A stretch of DNA of 63,686 bases, the filler included. It is 4 parts of 4 records of this genome, joined end to end, with 100 filler letters (N's around TTAATTAATTAA, not from the genome) between each part and the next. Parts side by side here need not be neighbours in the genome. Positions count along the whole stretch, not along the records: positions 9,010 to 40,838 come from SRR20825019_1491; positions 40,939 to 52,575 come from SRR20825019_1492; 2 more parts are not named here. One strand, given 5' to 3'. The notes under the pieces are model-generated. The model had not been told where the DNA came from, searched no databases, and was given only the letters and a program-made list of their open reading frames with translations. Shown piece after piece: positions 32,602 through 45,000 of this stretch. Both the position numbers and the translations under genes were made by a program. Each line of letters opens with the position of its first letter. The first letter of the stretch is position 1.

Positions 32602-32638
32602 CATTCGTCAATTTTCTGACACTTTCCCGTCCGGTCTG

Positions 32639-32666
32639 CTTGAACTCCCACCAATCGCCCCTACAT
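32639..32666 (+). promoter_or_regulatory. Sigma32 (RpoH)-type heat-shock promoter of clpB
   Basis: CTTGAA-N13-CCCCTACAT upstream of clpB. Confidence 0.7.
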
Positions 32667-32744
32667 TAACTGTCAAAGCAGACGCAATGTCGCCGATGGA
32701 ATTCTCCCATCGGTTCAGTGACAGAGATTTGGGAAGACCGAATT

Positions 32745-35321
32745 ATGAGAATCGACAAACTGACCAGCAAACTCCAGACAGCACTGGCCGACGCCCAGTC
32801 GCTAGCGGTAGGCAGGGATCACAACTTTATAGAACCCGTGCACCTGATGCAGGCGCTGATGGACCAGGAAGGCAGCTCCATCAAGCCGCTGTTGAAACAA
32901 TCGGGCGCTGAGCCTTCCCGGATACGCCAGGCTGTGGCCCGGGAGATTGAAAACCTGCCGGAAGTGCAGGGCTCTGCCGGCGATGTCTCTATGTCAAACG
33001 ATATGGGCCGGCTCTTCAATATTGCCGACAAGCTGGCGCAGAAACGTGGTGACCAGTTCATTTCCAGCGAATTGCTGCTGCTGGCCGCACTAGAGGATCG
33101 GGGCAGCCTTGGGCGGGTTCTGCGGGAGCAGGGTGTCGACAAATCCGCATTGGAGCGTGCCATCGATGAGGTCAGAGGCGGTGAGTCGGTTGACGATGCG
33201 TCTGCAGAAGAGCATCGACAGGCGCTTTCCAAATACACCATTGATCTGACCGAACGTGCCGAGGCTGGCAAATTGGACCCGGTGATTGGTCGCGATGATG
33301 AAATCCGTCGGACCATTCAGGTACTGCAGCGTCGTCGCAAGAACAATCCGGTGCTCATTGGTGAGCCCGGTGTGGGTAAAACCGCAATTGTAGAAGGACT
33401 TGCCCAGCGCATTGTCAACGGCGAGGTGCCAGAAGGGCTCAAGAACAAGCGCGTGCTGTCTTTGGATATGGGCTCGCTGATTGCGGGCGCCAAGTTCCGG
33501 GGTGAGTTTGAAGAGCGCCTCAAATCTGTGCTGAATGAGTTGTCCAAGCAGGAAGGGCAGATCATCCTGTTCATCGACGAAATTCACACCATGGTCGGCG
33601 CCGGTAAAGCGGAAGGTTCCATGGACGCCGGCAATATGCTCAAGCCCGCCCTGTCGCGCGGGGAGTTACATTGCGTGGGCGCCACCACCCTTGACGAGTA
33701 TCGCGAGAATATTGAGAAAGACGCGGCCCTTGAGCGTCGGTTCCAGAAGGTATTGGTCTCCGAGCCTACCGAGGAGGACACCATAGCGATCCTCCGCGGC
33801 CTGAAGGAGCGCTACGAAGTTCATCACGGCGTGGAAGTCACAGACGGTGCCATCATCGCAGCGGCCAAGTTGTCTCATCGTTACATCGCTGACCGTCAGT
33901 TGCCGGACAAGGCCATTGATCTGGTGGATGAGGCTGCAAGCCAGATCCGCATGGAGATGGACTCCAAGCCAGAAGCGCTGGATCGCCTTGAGCGGCGTTT
34001 GATCCAATTGAAAATAGAGCGGGAGGCGTTGAAAAAGGAAACCGATGCCGCCTCCAAGAAGCGGCTTTCTGAGCTCTCGGATGTCATCTCCGGTATCGAG
34101 CGTGAGTACGCGGACCTGGAAGAGGTCTGGAATACCGAAAAAGCGGCACTGCATGGTTCCCAGAAGATCAAGAGCCAACTGGAACAAGCCCGGATCGACC
34201 TGGAAAATGCCCGCCGTGCCGGCGATCTCGGGCGCATGTCGGAGTTGCAATACGGCAGGATTCCGGAGCTGGAGCGCCAACTGGATATGGCGAGCCAGGC
34301 GGAAATGATGGAGATGAAGCTGCTGCGTAACCGCGTGACCGATGAGGAAATCGCCGAAGTGGTGTCCAAGTGGACGGGTATTCCGGTTTCGAAGATGCTC
34401 GAGGGCGAACGCGACAAGCTGATGCGAATGGAGGAAGCCCTCCATGGGCGTGTCATCGGTCAGGACGAAGCCGTTGAGGCCGTGTCCAACGCGGTTCGTC
34501 GGTCCCGTGCAGGACTGTCAGACCCTCACCGCCCTAATGGTTCTTTCCTGTTCCTGGGGCCGACCGGTGTGGGTAAGACTGAGCTCTGCAAAGCCCTGGC
34601 GTCGTTCCTCTTTGATACCGAGGAGGCCATGGTTCGAATCGACATGTCTGAGTTCATGGAGAAGCATTCCGTCGCTCGGCTGATCGGTGCCCCTCCGGGA
34701 TACGTTGGTTATGAAGAGGGTGGCTACCTGACCGAGGCCGTCCGCCGCCGGCCCTACTCAGTGTTGTTGTTGGATGAAGTTGAGAAGGCGCACCCGGACG
34801 TATTTAATATTCTGTTGCAGGTTCTTGAGGATGGGCGCCTGACAGATGGTCAGGGTAGAACGGTGGATTTTCGCAATACCGTCATCGTGATGACCTCAAA
34901 CCTGGGGTCGGACATCATTCAGCAGAAAGCGGGTGAGGAAAACTACGAGTCCATGAAGAAGGACGTTATGGACGTAGTGGGTACTCACTTCAGGCCAGAG
35001 TTCATTAACCGGGTGGATGAGGTGGTGGTGTTTCATCCGCTGGCTGAAAGCCAGATTCAGGGCATTGCCCGGATTCAGATTAATGCTCTGGGCAAGCGCC
35101 TGAAAGAGCAGGATATGTCGTTGATGCTGGACGACGCAGCGATGGAGTTGCTGGCGGAAGTTGGCTACGACCCCGTTTACGGTGCTCGTCCATTGAAGCG
35201 GGCCATTCAGCGGATGATTGAGAATCCGCTGGCCCAGAGGTTATTGCAAGGGGACTTCCTGCCCGGTGATACCATTCGTGGGTCGGTCAAAGATCATGGT
35301 TTGGAGTTCTTGAAAGCGTAA
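32745..35321 (+). CDS. clpB: ATP-dependent disaggregase ClpB
   Basis: Two AAA+ modules ([16 protein letters not shown]) and the coiled-coil middle domain. Confidence 0.98.
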   Translation: MRIDKLTSKLQTALADAQSLAVGRDHNFIEPVHLMQALMDQEGSSIKPLLKQSGAEPSRIRQAVAREIENLPEVQGSAGDVSMSNDMGRLFNIADKLAQKRGDQFISSELLLLAALEDRGSLGRVLREQGVDKSALERAIDEVRGGESVDDASAEEHRQALSKYTIDLTERAEAGKLDPVIGRDDEIRRTIQVLQRRRKNNPVLIGEPGVGKTAIVEGLAQRIVNGEVPEGLKNKRVLSLDMGSLIAGAKFRGEFEERLKSVLNELSKQEGQIILFIDEIHTMVGAGKAEGSMDAGNMLKPALSRGELHCVGATTLDEYRENIEKDAALERRFQKVLVSEPTEEDTIAILRGLKERYEVHHGVEVTDGAIIAAAKLSHRYIADRQLPDKAIDLVDEAASQIRMEMDSKPEALDRLERRLIQLKIEREALKKETDAASKKRLSELSDVISGIEREYADLEEVWNTEKAALHGSQKIKSQLEQARIDLENARRAGDLGRMSELQYGRIPELERQLDMASQAEMMEMKLLRNRVTDEEIAEVVSKWTGIPVSKMLEGERDKLMRMEEALHGRVIGQDEAVEAVSNAVRRSRAGLSDPHRPNGSFLFLGPTGVGKTELCKALASFLFDTEEAMVRIDMSEFMEKHSVARLIGAPPGYVGYEEGGYLTEAVRRRPYSVLLLDEVEKAHPDVFNILLQVLEDGRLTDGQGRTVDFRNTVIVMTSNLGSDIIQQKAGEENYESMKKDVMDVVGTHFRPEFINRVDEVVVFHPLAESQIQGIARIQINALGKRLKEQDMSLMLDDAAMELLAEVGYDPVYGARPLKRAIQRMIENPLAQRLLQGDFLPGDTIRGSVKDHGLEFLKA

Positions 35322-35388
35322 TGTCAGGAGCGACGAGGCGGAGCATTGTGCTCTCCCTCGTCCGGATCCAACCAGAGTGTCTCTTGCA

Positions 35389-35859
35389 TTAACCTTCGGC
35401 AGGTTCGCCGCAGTTTTCCTCTGCGATTTTCTCAAACTGCTGTTTCTGCTCCTCGATTTCTTCGGGGGTCAGATACCGCAGTTCCCCTTCCTCTTCTATA
35501 CGGATCCTGCTGTTCTGCTGAATTAGCTTAAGATTGGTGCGTGCGGTTTCGCAGTTGGCTTCCCGTTGTTTGCGCCGCGCTTCCTCTACGGCGCTTTCCT
35601 GGCGCTTCTCGCTTTCTTTGGCTTTCTGGGTTTCGAGCTGTTCCAATTGTTCCTGCGGGCTCATCCGGTTGCCTCCGGAGGATTTGCCGGTGCGAATATT
35701 GACGGACTCCGCCTGCTGTCCGGTTGGCTGCCGATCGCCAAAGTGCGTAACCCCGTCTTCGTCGGTCCATTTATACACGGAAGCCGCGAAAGCCATTGAT
35801 GGTGTCGCAGCCAGAAGTACTGCCAGGGTGAGGGTTTTTCTGTTCATGCCGTTGCTCAT
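35389..35859 (-). CDS. DUF4124-type secreted protein
   Basis: Signal peptide followed by VYKWTDEDGVTHFGDRQP. Confidence 0.85.
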   Translation of the reverse strand: MSNGMNRKTLTLAVLLAATPSMAFAASVYKWTDEDGVTHFGDRQPTGQQAESVNIRTGKSSGGNRMSPQEQLEQLETQKAKESEKRQESAVEEARRKQREANCETARTNLKLIQQNSRIRIEEEGELRYLTPEEIEEQKQQFEKIAEENCGEPAEG

Positions 35860-36024
35860 TCCGCGTTAGCCTTGTCGAAGTTCCGCCCGTAGCGGCCCCG
35901 TCTCTATGTTAGCCTATGTTTATCATGCCATTTGTAAAGGCAAGTTTCTTCAATCTGGTTCAAATAGTTGCACAAAGTATGGCAGACCTTCGGTGGGTAC
36001 GGGCAGAGAAAACAGCCGCCGCTA

Positions 36025-36345
36025 TTGACAGGGAGTTTAGCGCTGTCAAAATTACCGATTGCCTGAAGACTGGGGTCAATACGGCAGGCAATCCCGAGCG
36101 AGTATCCCCCGTTAATTACCACACTGAATGCCCCGCGCAGGTCGCGGACTGGTTGTTGCTTACGTGCAACCCGTTGATTGGCCGTTCTCCGCAACCCTCA
36201 GGAGGGCGGCTGGCCAGGAGACAACCTCTTAATAGCTGGTGTGGCGGAGTATCCGGTTCAGCTTTCACAAGAAGCATGATGTCCGGACATCCAGGCAACC
36301 GGGACGTTTCCCGGCTCATTCACTCGTAGAAGAGGGTAGAACATC
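36025..36345 (+). promoter_or_regulatory. ilvI promoter and long structured 5' leader
   Basis: TTGACA at 36025 and several nested inverted repeats (see findings). Confidence 0.5.
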
Positions 36346-38064
36346 GTGGAGTTATTGTCTGGCGCCGATATGCTGATCCGGTCCCTGCAAGATGAGGGGG
36401 TCGAATACATATATGGCTATCCGGGTGGTGCAGCGTTGCATATTTATGACGCGCTGTTCAGGCAGGACAAAGTCAAGCACATTCTGGTGCGTCACGAGCA
36501 GGCTGCGGTCCACATGGCCGACGGTTATGCCCGTGCTACCGGATTACCGGGCACCGTTCTGGTGACCTCGGGTCCTGGAGCCACCAACACCATCACTGGC
36601 ATTGCCACTGCCTTCATGGATTCCATCCCGATGGTGGTCCTGTGCGGTCAGGTTGCATCGACTCTGATTGGTGAAGATGCATTCCAGGAGACCGATATGA
36701 TCGGTGTCTCCCGTCCCGTCGTGAAACACAACCTGAGTGTCCGTCATCCGGAAGAGATCCCCGAGATCGTTCGCAAGGCCTATTACATTGCCTCGACAGG
36801 TCGTCCCGGACCGGTTGTTGTTGATATCCCGAAAGATATGACAACGCCAAACGAGCGCTACGAGTATGTCTTTCCCAAGAAGGTCAAGCTCCGTTCGTAC
36901 AATCCGGCCATTCGTGGCCACGCTGGGCAGATCAAGAAAGCCGTCGATATGCTCATGGCAGCCAAGCGTCCCATTATTTATGCGGGCGGCGGTGTCATCC
37001 TCGGCAAGGCCACGGATCAGCTGACCGAGTTGGTCAGGATGTTGGGTTATCCGATTACCAACACTCTGATGGGCATTGGGTGTTATCCGGCCTCCGATAC
37101 TCAGCACATCGGCTGGCTGGGTATGCATGGCACCTACGAATCAAACATGGCCATGCATCATTCGGATCTTATCCTCTGTGTGGGTGCGCGATTCGATGAC
37201 CGGGTGACCAACGCGACAGAAAAATTCTGTCCCGGTGCCCGCATTGTCCATATCGATATCGACCCGGCCTCCATCTCCAAAACCATTGATGCGGATGTTC
37301 CCATTGTTGGCCCGGTGGATGCGGTGCTTAAGGAAATGATCACTCTCGTCAAAGAGAGCAAGGAAAAGCCTGACGCCGATGCAATTGCTGCCTGGTGGAA
37401 GCAGATTGAAGAGTGGCGGGCATTCCATGGCATGCGTTACGAGACCAGCCCGGATGTCATCAAGCCTCAGGAAGTGGTGGAGGCGCTCTGGAAGCTTACC
37501 AATGGTGAAGCCTTTGTGACCTCCGATGTGGGTCAGCACCAGATGTTTGCAGCCCAGTACTACAAGTTTGATAAGCCCAATCGCTGGATCAACTCCGGCG
37601 GCCTTGGCACCATGGGCTTCGGCCTGCCAGCGGCTATGGGGGTCAAGTTGAACTTCCCCGATGACGAGGTGCTTTGCATTACCGGTGAAGGCAGTATCCA
37701 GATGAATATCCAGGAGCTGTCGACCTGTAGTCAGTACGATATTCCAGTAAAGATCATCAATCTGAATAACCAGGCCCTTGGTATGGTCAAGCAGTGGCAG
37801 GACATGAACTACGAGTCCCGTCACTCCCAGTCCTACATGGAGTCCCTGCCGGACTTCATCAAACTGGCAGAGGCCTATGGTCACGTTGGTGTCCGAATCG
37901 ACCGAAAGGAAGATCTGGTGCCAAAGCTCAAAGAAGTGCTGGCGATGAAAGACCGGCTGGTTTTCGTTGATATCTACGTGGACCGTTTTGAACACGTCTA
38001 CCCGATGCAGGTGGCCCGTGGTTCAATGAAGGACATGTGGCTCAGCAAGACGGAGAGGGTCTGA
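36346..38064 (+). CDS. ilvI: Acetolactate synthase large subunit
   Basis: [21 protein letters not shown]-binding GEGSIQMN; followed by ilvH and ilvC. Confidence 0.96.
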   Translation: MELLSGADMLIRSLQDEGVEYIYGYPGGAALHIYDALFRQDKVKHILVRHEQAAVHMADGYARATGLPGTVLVTSGPGATNTITGIATAFMDSIPMVVLCGQVASTLIGEDAFQETDMIGVSRPVVKHNLSVRHPEEIPEIVRKAYYIASTGRPGPVVVDIPKDMTTPNERYEYVFPKKVKLRSYNPAIRGHAGQIKKAVDMLMAAKRPIIYAGGGVILGKATDQLTELVRMLGYPITNTLMGIGCYPASDTQHIGWLGMHGTYESNMAMHHSDLILCVGARFDDRVTNATEKFCPGARIVHIDIDPASISKTIDADVPIVGPVDAVLKEMITLVKESKEKPDADAIAAWWKQIEEWRAFHGMRYETSPDVIKPQEVVEALWKLTNGEAFVTSDVGQHQMFAAQYYKFDKPNRWINSGGLGTMGFGLPAAMGVKLNFPDDEVLCITGEGSIQMNIQELSTCSQYDIPVKIINLNNQALGMVKQWQDMNYESRHSQSYMESLPDFIKLAEAYGHVGVRIDRKEDLVPKLKEVLAMKDRLVFVDIYVDRFEHVYPMQVARGSMKDMWLSKTERV

Positions 38065-38066
38065 TC

Positions 38067-38558
38067 ATGCGTCGAATCATTTCTGTTTTGCTTGAAAACG
38101 AGCCCGGTGCACTGTCCCGTGTTGTTGGTCTGTTCTCGCAGCGTAACTACAACATTGAAACGTTGACGGTGGCGCCGACCGAGGACGAAACCCTGTCGCG
38201 CCTGACGGTAACAACCACAGGCTCGGACAAAGTCATCGAGCAGATCACCAAGCAGCTCAACAAGCTGATTGAAGTGGTCAAGCTGGTGGATCTGACGGAG
38301 GGCTCCCACATCGAGCGTGAGCTGATGCTGGTCAAGCTCAAGGCCACCGGGTCCCAGCGTGCCGAGATCAAGCGTACGGTTGATATCTTCCGTGGCCAGA
38401 TCGTGGATGTTACCAGCTCGGTCTATACCGTTCAGTTGGCCGGTGCCAGTGAAAAACTGGACGGCTTTATTCAGGCGGTGGGTACCTCGGGCGTGCTTGA
38501 GGTTGTTCGCAGCGGGGTTTCGGGCATCGCCCGTGGTGAAAAGGTATTAAGCCTGTAA
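38067..38558 (+). CDS. ilvH: Acetolactate synthase small subunit
   Basis: ACT domain LLENEPGALSRVVGLFSQRNYNI. Confidence 0.96.
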   Translation: MRRIISVLLENEPGALSRVVGLFSQRNYNIETLTVAPTEDETLSRLTVTTTGSDKVIEQITKQLNKLIEVVKLVDLTEGSHIERELMLVKLKATGSQRAEIKRTVDIFRGQIVDVTSSVYTVQLAGASEKLDGFIQAVGTSGVLEVVRSGVSGIARGEKVLSL

Positions 38559-38617
38559 CAGGCACTGACATCATTCTGTACAATGACGGCCCCCAAAAGG
38601 CCAATACAATATTATAG

Positions 38618-39643
<1,026 letters not shown>

Positions 39644-39665
39644 TCCGGTACCTCGGACTGGTTTG

Positions 39666-39695
39666 GAAAACGCGGCCCGGGTGGCCGCGTTTTTC
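39666..39695 (+). terminator. Intrinsic terminator after ilvC
   Basis: GAAAACGCGGCC-CGGGT-GGCCGCGTTTTT. Confidence 0.85.
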
Positions 39696-39733
39696 GTATA
39701 TACTCCGCCTAAATGCTTTCCGGAGTGATTGGA

Positions 39734-40585
39734 ATGACTGATGAAAAGAAGCAGGCCGAAACACAGGCTGAAAAGAAAGATGTTCGGGGACGGTCAGACG
39801 CCTCTGGTCATGAACATGATATTGAGTCCGGCGAAGTTGTCGAGGAAGAGTTGGTAGAGGGGGCGCCGGTTCGTCGCAAGGGGATATACCTGCTGCCTAA
39901 TGCGCTGACAACGGCTTCCCTGTTCTCTGGCTTCTACGCGATCGTTTCCGCCGCAAACGGCGTATTCGACAATGCCGCGATTGCGATCTTTGTATCCATG
40001 ATCCTGGATGGGCTTGACGGTCGGGTTGCCAGGTTGACCAATACTCAGAGTAAGTTCGGCGAGGAATACGACAGTCTCGCGGATATGGTCGCCTTTGGTG
40101 TGGCTCCGGGTATGGTGGCGTTCTTTTGGTCGCTGAACAGTCTTGGTCAGGTTGGTTGGGCCATTACCTTTATCTATGTGGCGGGAGCTGCTTTGCGGTT
40201 GGCGCGATTCAACACCCAGATCGGCTCCATGGACAAGAAGTTTTTCGTGGGGCTGCCCAGTCCTGCGGCTGCAGCGTGTGTTGCCGGGTTAGTGTGGTGT
40301 TTTCATGCGATGGAGCCGGCCAGTTGGCTAACCCTCATGACGATCATCGTCGTTGGCGGTTGTGGTGTGTTGATGGTCAGCAACATTCTCTATAAGAGTT
40401 TCAAGGACCTGGATATGCGGGGGCGGGTGCCGTTCGCTGCGATACTCCTGGTGGTGCTGATGTTTGTGGTTGTCGCGCTTGATCCGGCAACAGTCCTGTT
40501 TAGCGGGTTCCTTATCTATGCGTTGTCGGGGCCGGTTTTTGCACTGTTTAGAAAATCGCGCCGCTCGGCAGGCGAGTCGGCGTAA
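39734..40585 (+). CDS. pssA: CDP-diacylglycerol--serine O-phosphatidyltransferase
   Basis: DGLDGRVAR...FGEEYDSLAD CDP-alcohol phosphotransferase motif; ilvC-pssA synteny. Confidence 0.95.
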   Translation: MTDEKKQAETQAEKKDVRGRSDASGHEHDIESGEVVEEELVEGAPVRRKGIYLLPNALTTASLFSGFYAIVSAANGVFDNAAIAIFVSMILDGLDGRVARLTNTQSKFGEEYDSLADMVAFGVAPGMVAFFWSLNSLGQVGWAITFIYVAGAALRLARFNTQIGSMDKKFFVGLPSPAAAACVAGLVWCFHAMEPASWLTLMTIIVVGGCGVLMVSNILYKSFKDLDMRGRVPFAAILLVVLMFVVVALDPATVLFSGFLIYALSGPVFALFRKSRRSAGESA

Positions 40586-40675
40586 TTTCGGCCTGAAAAA
40601 TGAACGTTCTGATTGCGGTTTGATCAGCGTTATAGGGGGTAACCGAAACAGAGTAAAATTAATTGATTAACCTCG

Positions 40676-40838
40676 TTGACACATTCTCAGGGCTCTGTAG
40701 AATGCGCGTCTCTTTCGAGGGGAACGCCACAGAGGCGGACCAGAAATTGAAAGGCAACCGTTTGAATTTGTTGGCAGTTTTTCGGTTTAAAACCGAAGTC
40801 AAAATAAACGGTTGACAAGGCAGCGATTCGATGTAGAA
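40676..40838 (+). promoter_or_regulatory. Tandem P1/P2 sigma70 promoters typical of an rRNA operon (operon itself beyond the contig end)
   Basis: TTGACA-N16-TAGAAT-GCGC (40676-40707) and TTGACA-N16-TAGAA (40812-40838), each with an AT-rich upstream tract. Confidence 0.8.
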
Positions 40839-40938
40839 NNNNNNNNNNNNNNNNNNNNNNNNNNNNNNNNNNNNNNNNNNNNTTAATTAATTAANNNNNN
40901 NNNNNNNNNNNNNNNNNNNNNNNNNNNNNNNNNNNNNN
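40839..40938. other. Artificial contig-joining spacer
   Basis: N runs flanking TTAATTAATTAA. Confidence 0.99.
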
Positions 40939-42042
40939 ACGGCATATCCGCCTTTAGGGCGTGTTTTCGTGTTCTTCATGTATGTATTCTATCGTTCACA
41001 CACCTTCCGAGTGTAAACAGGCTCTCTATCTTACTGCAAACTTAGGAGAAAAGTCGGAACATGTTCGACATTTCCTCAACCTTTTCAAATAATTTCACAA
41101 AGGAAATACTCATGAGCAAACGCTCGTTACGCTATCAGCCGGTTTTCACTTTTTGGGGGGGGTAATGGAAGTTGCAAGTGTGGCGCTGGCATACAAATAT
41201 ACAGCACGAACAACATTGTAGCGGCGTGGGGGGCTGCTGCTTGTTGTTCAGGGCCATAGTCGTGAGTGACTCGAGGTAGGTACACCGCCAATCACGACCA
41301 GACCGAAGGCCCCTCTGCTGAGGGATCTGATCCGAGTTTCAGTGGCTCCGACCCGGCTCACGGTGTGAAGTCAATGCGAATCCCATGGGTGACAGCGAGC
41401 AGTCATGCCCCAGTCGGTCGTCGGGCCGCAGCGGGCACTTCTGGCTGGCTCAGGAACCTCTCAGGCAGTGGGTCGTCAGGCGTACTATTGATCACGAACG
41501 GTTGGGTCCATCGTGCCTACTCAATTAGTACAGGTTTACGAACGCTCTTTATAACGAAATATATTGTAGGCCATCCTCATGTTTTGCCTACACTGTGATT
41601 GTAAGATCATCCGTATCTACGCCGCGGGCCCGGCCTTCAGTTTGAGCCCTAGTACGCTCAGCCAGCGCTCGGCCGGCTGGCTCGGCTGGTTGCAATCGAT
41701 CATCTTCTCCATTCTCTTGGCGAGACTGATGGGGTTGCCGGTGGCCCAGCTCCGGACGACGGGCGGCATAGCGCGCCGACCACAGCAGCTGGACGGTGAC
41801 TAGCGGAGCTTGTGACTCATCGGTGTGAAGCAAGGTCCCGACGCGAATCTACCGCGTGCACACGCAGACGCACAGCCCGCGGGACCACTTGTGTGTGCTG
41901 TCTGTGCGGAGGCGTCGCGGTCACCCCTTGCGGACGGTGTCACGATAGGGTGTATGAAGCGCCCCCGCCGACCTTTCCACGTAAGTAAATCAACAAACCT
42001 AACACAAACGTAGAGCGAGTCAGGGTGCCGACAATAGTGGCC

Positions 42043-45000
42043 ATGGGGGCCACAGTCAGGCTTCGACCATACACATGGTCGGAGTGGGCAATGTTTTTAT
42101 GGATGTCACTGCTGTGTGTGCAGTGTGTCGTCAGCATTGACATTCACATAAACTGGCATCGAACAGCTAGGTTGCGGTCAAGTGTTCGGGACAGCATGGC
42201 CCCCGTCGATATAGACATGACGGAAGACTCGAACAACGAGAACATGGGCTCGGCAGCTTCATTTGTCACATATTCACCTTCGAAAGAGTGCGAAGGGGAG
42301 TTGGACGCCTACTGCCGAGGACACGTTCAAGATGGGTGGGGAGTTACGTCACTAGCCAGACATTTGGAAGGTACCGGCCCCGATACAGGCAGCTTGTGGA
42401 GGTGCTTCGACCCTGATGGGCTGACTATGAATGGACTGCGATACGATTCACAAAAGGGTTTAGCTAACTATGTCACCATGGATAAGGAGCTTAAGGAGGT
42501 CCTAAATGCATGCATGGCGAAACGCGGAGAGGGTTCAACAACAGCGCTAGCGCACGGTTGTGATAGACACTTAAACCAGCTGTGCAGAGACACCCTCAAA
42601 GACAAAAGCTGGGGTGAATATGCCTTGGCGCGTTTTTTACAAGGTGACACGGGAAAAGGAGATTCGATGTTGCAATGGAGATGTTTTGAACCCCGGGCAC
42701 TAACATCAGACACGTTGTCCTATGACGTAGAGAGCAAAGGTAGTTACGTCACAATGAACGAAGAGCTAGAAAAAATGGCTTCGACGCCTGCCTGCATCAA
42801 GCCAAGTAACGCAACAAACATAATGCCAGGTAATATTGTGGCCGCATCTCCAGTAGCATTGCGAACCAAGAGGGGAAAGGGAATGAGTGCTGCACCGGAG
42901 TTGTCTGAGACTCCTGGAGGCACAGCGGTACATGCTGCGATTGTGAGCAGGTCTTATGAACCGGCGGGGTCTTGTGGACCTACTCTGGATCAGTATTGTC
43001 AGCAGAGTGTCACAGAGCCATGGGGACCGACATCCGTCGCCCGTTTGTCAATCGGAAGTGTAGAGAATGGAGACACGAGCATGGCCTGGCGGTGCTTCAA
43101 TCCGTTTGCTTTAAACTCAACTGACATGGTGACATACGATGTTACTCGGGACACAAAGGAATATGTCAGCTTTTCTGAAGAGTTGCTAGACAAGCTTGCT
43201 GAATGCCAACTGAATGTTACGTCCGTGGTGGTATCGCCTCTCGTGCATAACACTACAGAAGTCCCAAATCCACCACAACACCCCTCGGTAACCCTTGAAG
43301 CAGAAGTATCCCAGTTAAAGGAGGAGGTAAAGGAATTGAAGGAGAGGCAAAGTGAACAGAGGTCGCAGATCAAGTCGCTAACTCCTCCGAAAAATGCCAT
43401 TCCTGTCGTAGATGTGTATGGAGAGGCGAAGGGATGTGATGCAGCGTTGAATGGTTTATGTCGGGAGGTGCTCTCATATCGTTCTTGGGGATCGATCGCA
43501 CTTGCTCGAAAACTTCCTGGATCACCAAAGCTCAATGACGAAGGGAGAAGCTTGTGGAGGTGCTATGCACCGACTGCATTGACTTCTGACTTCAACGCTT
43601 ACGACAAGGGAAAAGGAAGTACTGACTATGACACAATGGACTTGGGCTTGACATCAGCTTTGAATAAGTGTATGGCCGACAGAGCAGACAACCAAGCAAA
43701 GTTCCCTCCTTCCCGTGGGTGTGACGTCGTGCTGAGCAAGTGGTGTAGAGGGTCTGTGACGTATGGGTGGGGATCACTGGCTGTTGCGCGACTGCTCCCT
43801 GCCAGTGGTGAAGATAGTGCAACCTCAGAATGGAGGTGCTATGCACCGTCGGCGCTGACAGCAGATACTATGGAATACGATGTCAAAATGGGTTCAACTG
43901 CTTATGCGACGGAGCATACAAATCTGCTCAAGGTGTTATCGGATTGTGAGTCTGGCATTGTCACGCCCACCACTATCTCGGAAACTACTAAGCCCCTGTC
44001 GGAGTATAACGACGCCAAGAATTGTGACCAACAGCTAAACGGTTTCTGTGCGGCTCGTGTGCAGGCTGGGTGGGCCCCCATAGCACTTGCGAGGAATCTA
44101 CCTGGTAATGCGGCGAGTAATGACGCCTCGCCAAGGTGGAGGTGCTACAGCCCTGACGCATTGACTGCCGACACTCTGTCATATGATGCAACCAAAGCGT
44201 CGATGGAGTACTTTACTCTGCACGATGATATTGAAGAGGAGCTTGAAAGGTGCTTGGGAGATAGGGGAGATACCGTAGTGTACAAGCCTGCAGAGGGGTG
44301 CGATCATCGTTTGAATATGTGGTGTAGGACAAACGTGAAGAGTGAATGGGGAGAGGTGTCACTGGCGCGTCTGTCTACTGGAAGCTCAGGACATTCCTTC
44401 GAGGAAGGCCAAGCCGAAATGTGGAGATGTTATAGTCCCGCTACACTTACAGCTGACACTATGAAGTATGATGAGGTTGAAGATTCAGACAAATATTGGT
44501 CGAATCATGAAGAACTAGAGAAACAGCTGAAAAAGTGTGTCGCTTCTCGAAAGTTTGGTAGCGGAAAGAGCAGTGCGGCCCCCGTCACTCCAACAGAAGG
44601 GCATCAGGATTCTATTTCGTCGGGTGGGCTTGCGAATTCCTTGCCTGGTACGTATCAAGTCTTGTCGACTCTCCGCAGTCAAACCAGGCAAGGGCCATAT
44701 CTGTATGATGGGGGATGCATACAGCCCAGAGCCACAAGCCAGCACGTTGGGCCTTCGGAGCAATGGATGTTTGTCAATGCGAAGGGAAGCACTATGCCAG
44801 AAGGCTCTGTTAACATCACGACTGGAGACAAGCTCTACATCAAGAGTTCTGCTTTCAACAAATATCTAAACTTCAACGGTGGATGCAGCGACATTCCAGG
44901 AGTGGATACGGAGTTCATATGGTCCCCTGTTGACGCGAAATCGGGTTTGGTACAATTGGTAGATAGCAGTGGAGGGCAGTATCTCGCTGTAAACGACGAG

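Noticed and set aside
32693-32713. Hairpin CCGATGG/CCATCGG in the clpB 5' UTR as a possible RNA thermometer
   Set aside because: It does not visibly sequester the ribosome-binding site and has no ROSE or fourU signature.
40939-41270. Possible 5' exons of a minus-strand eukaryotic gene (a CxxC and a GTAAGA donor-like site)
   Set aside because: I could not build a consistent spliced frame or recognise a product.
42289-44538. Regularly spaced TGGAGGTGCTA-like DNA repeats as a possible CRISPR array
   Set aside because: They are the codons for WRCY inside protein repeats, in frame, 230-450 nt apart and degenerate at third positions; no cas genes are present.
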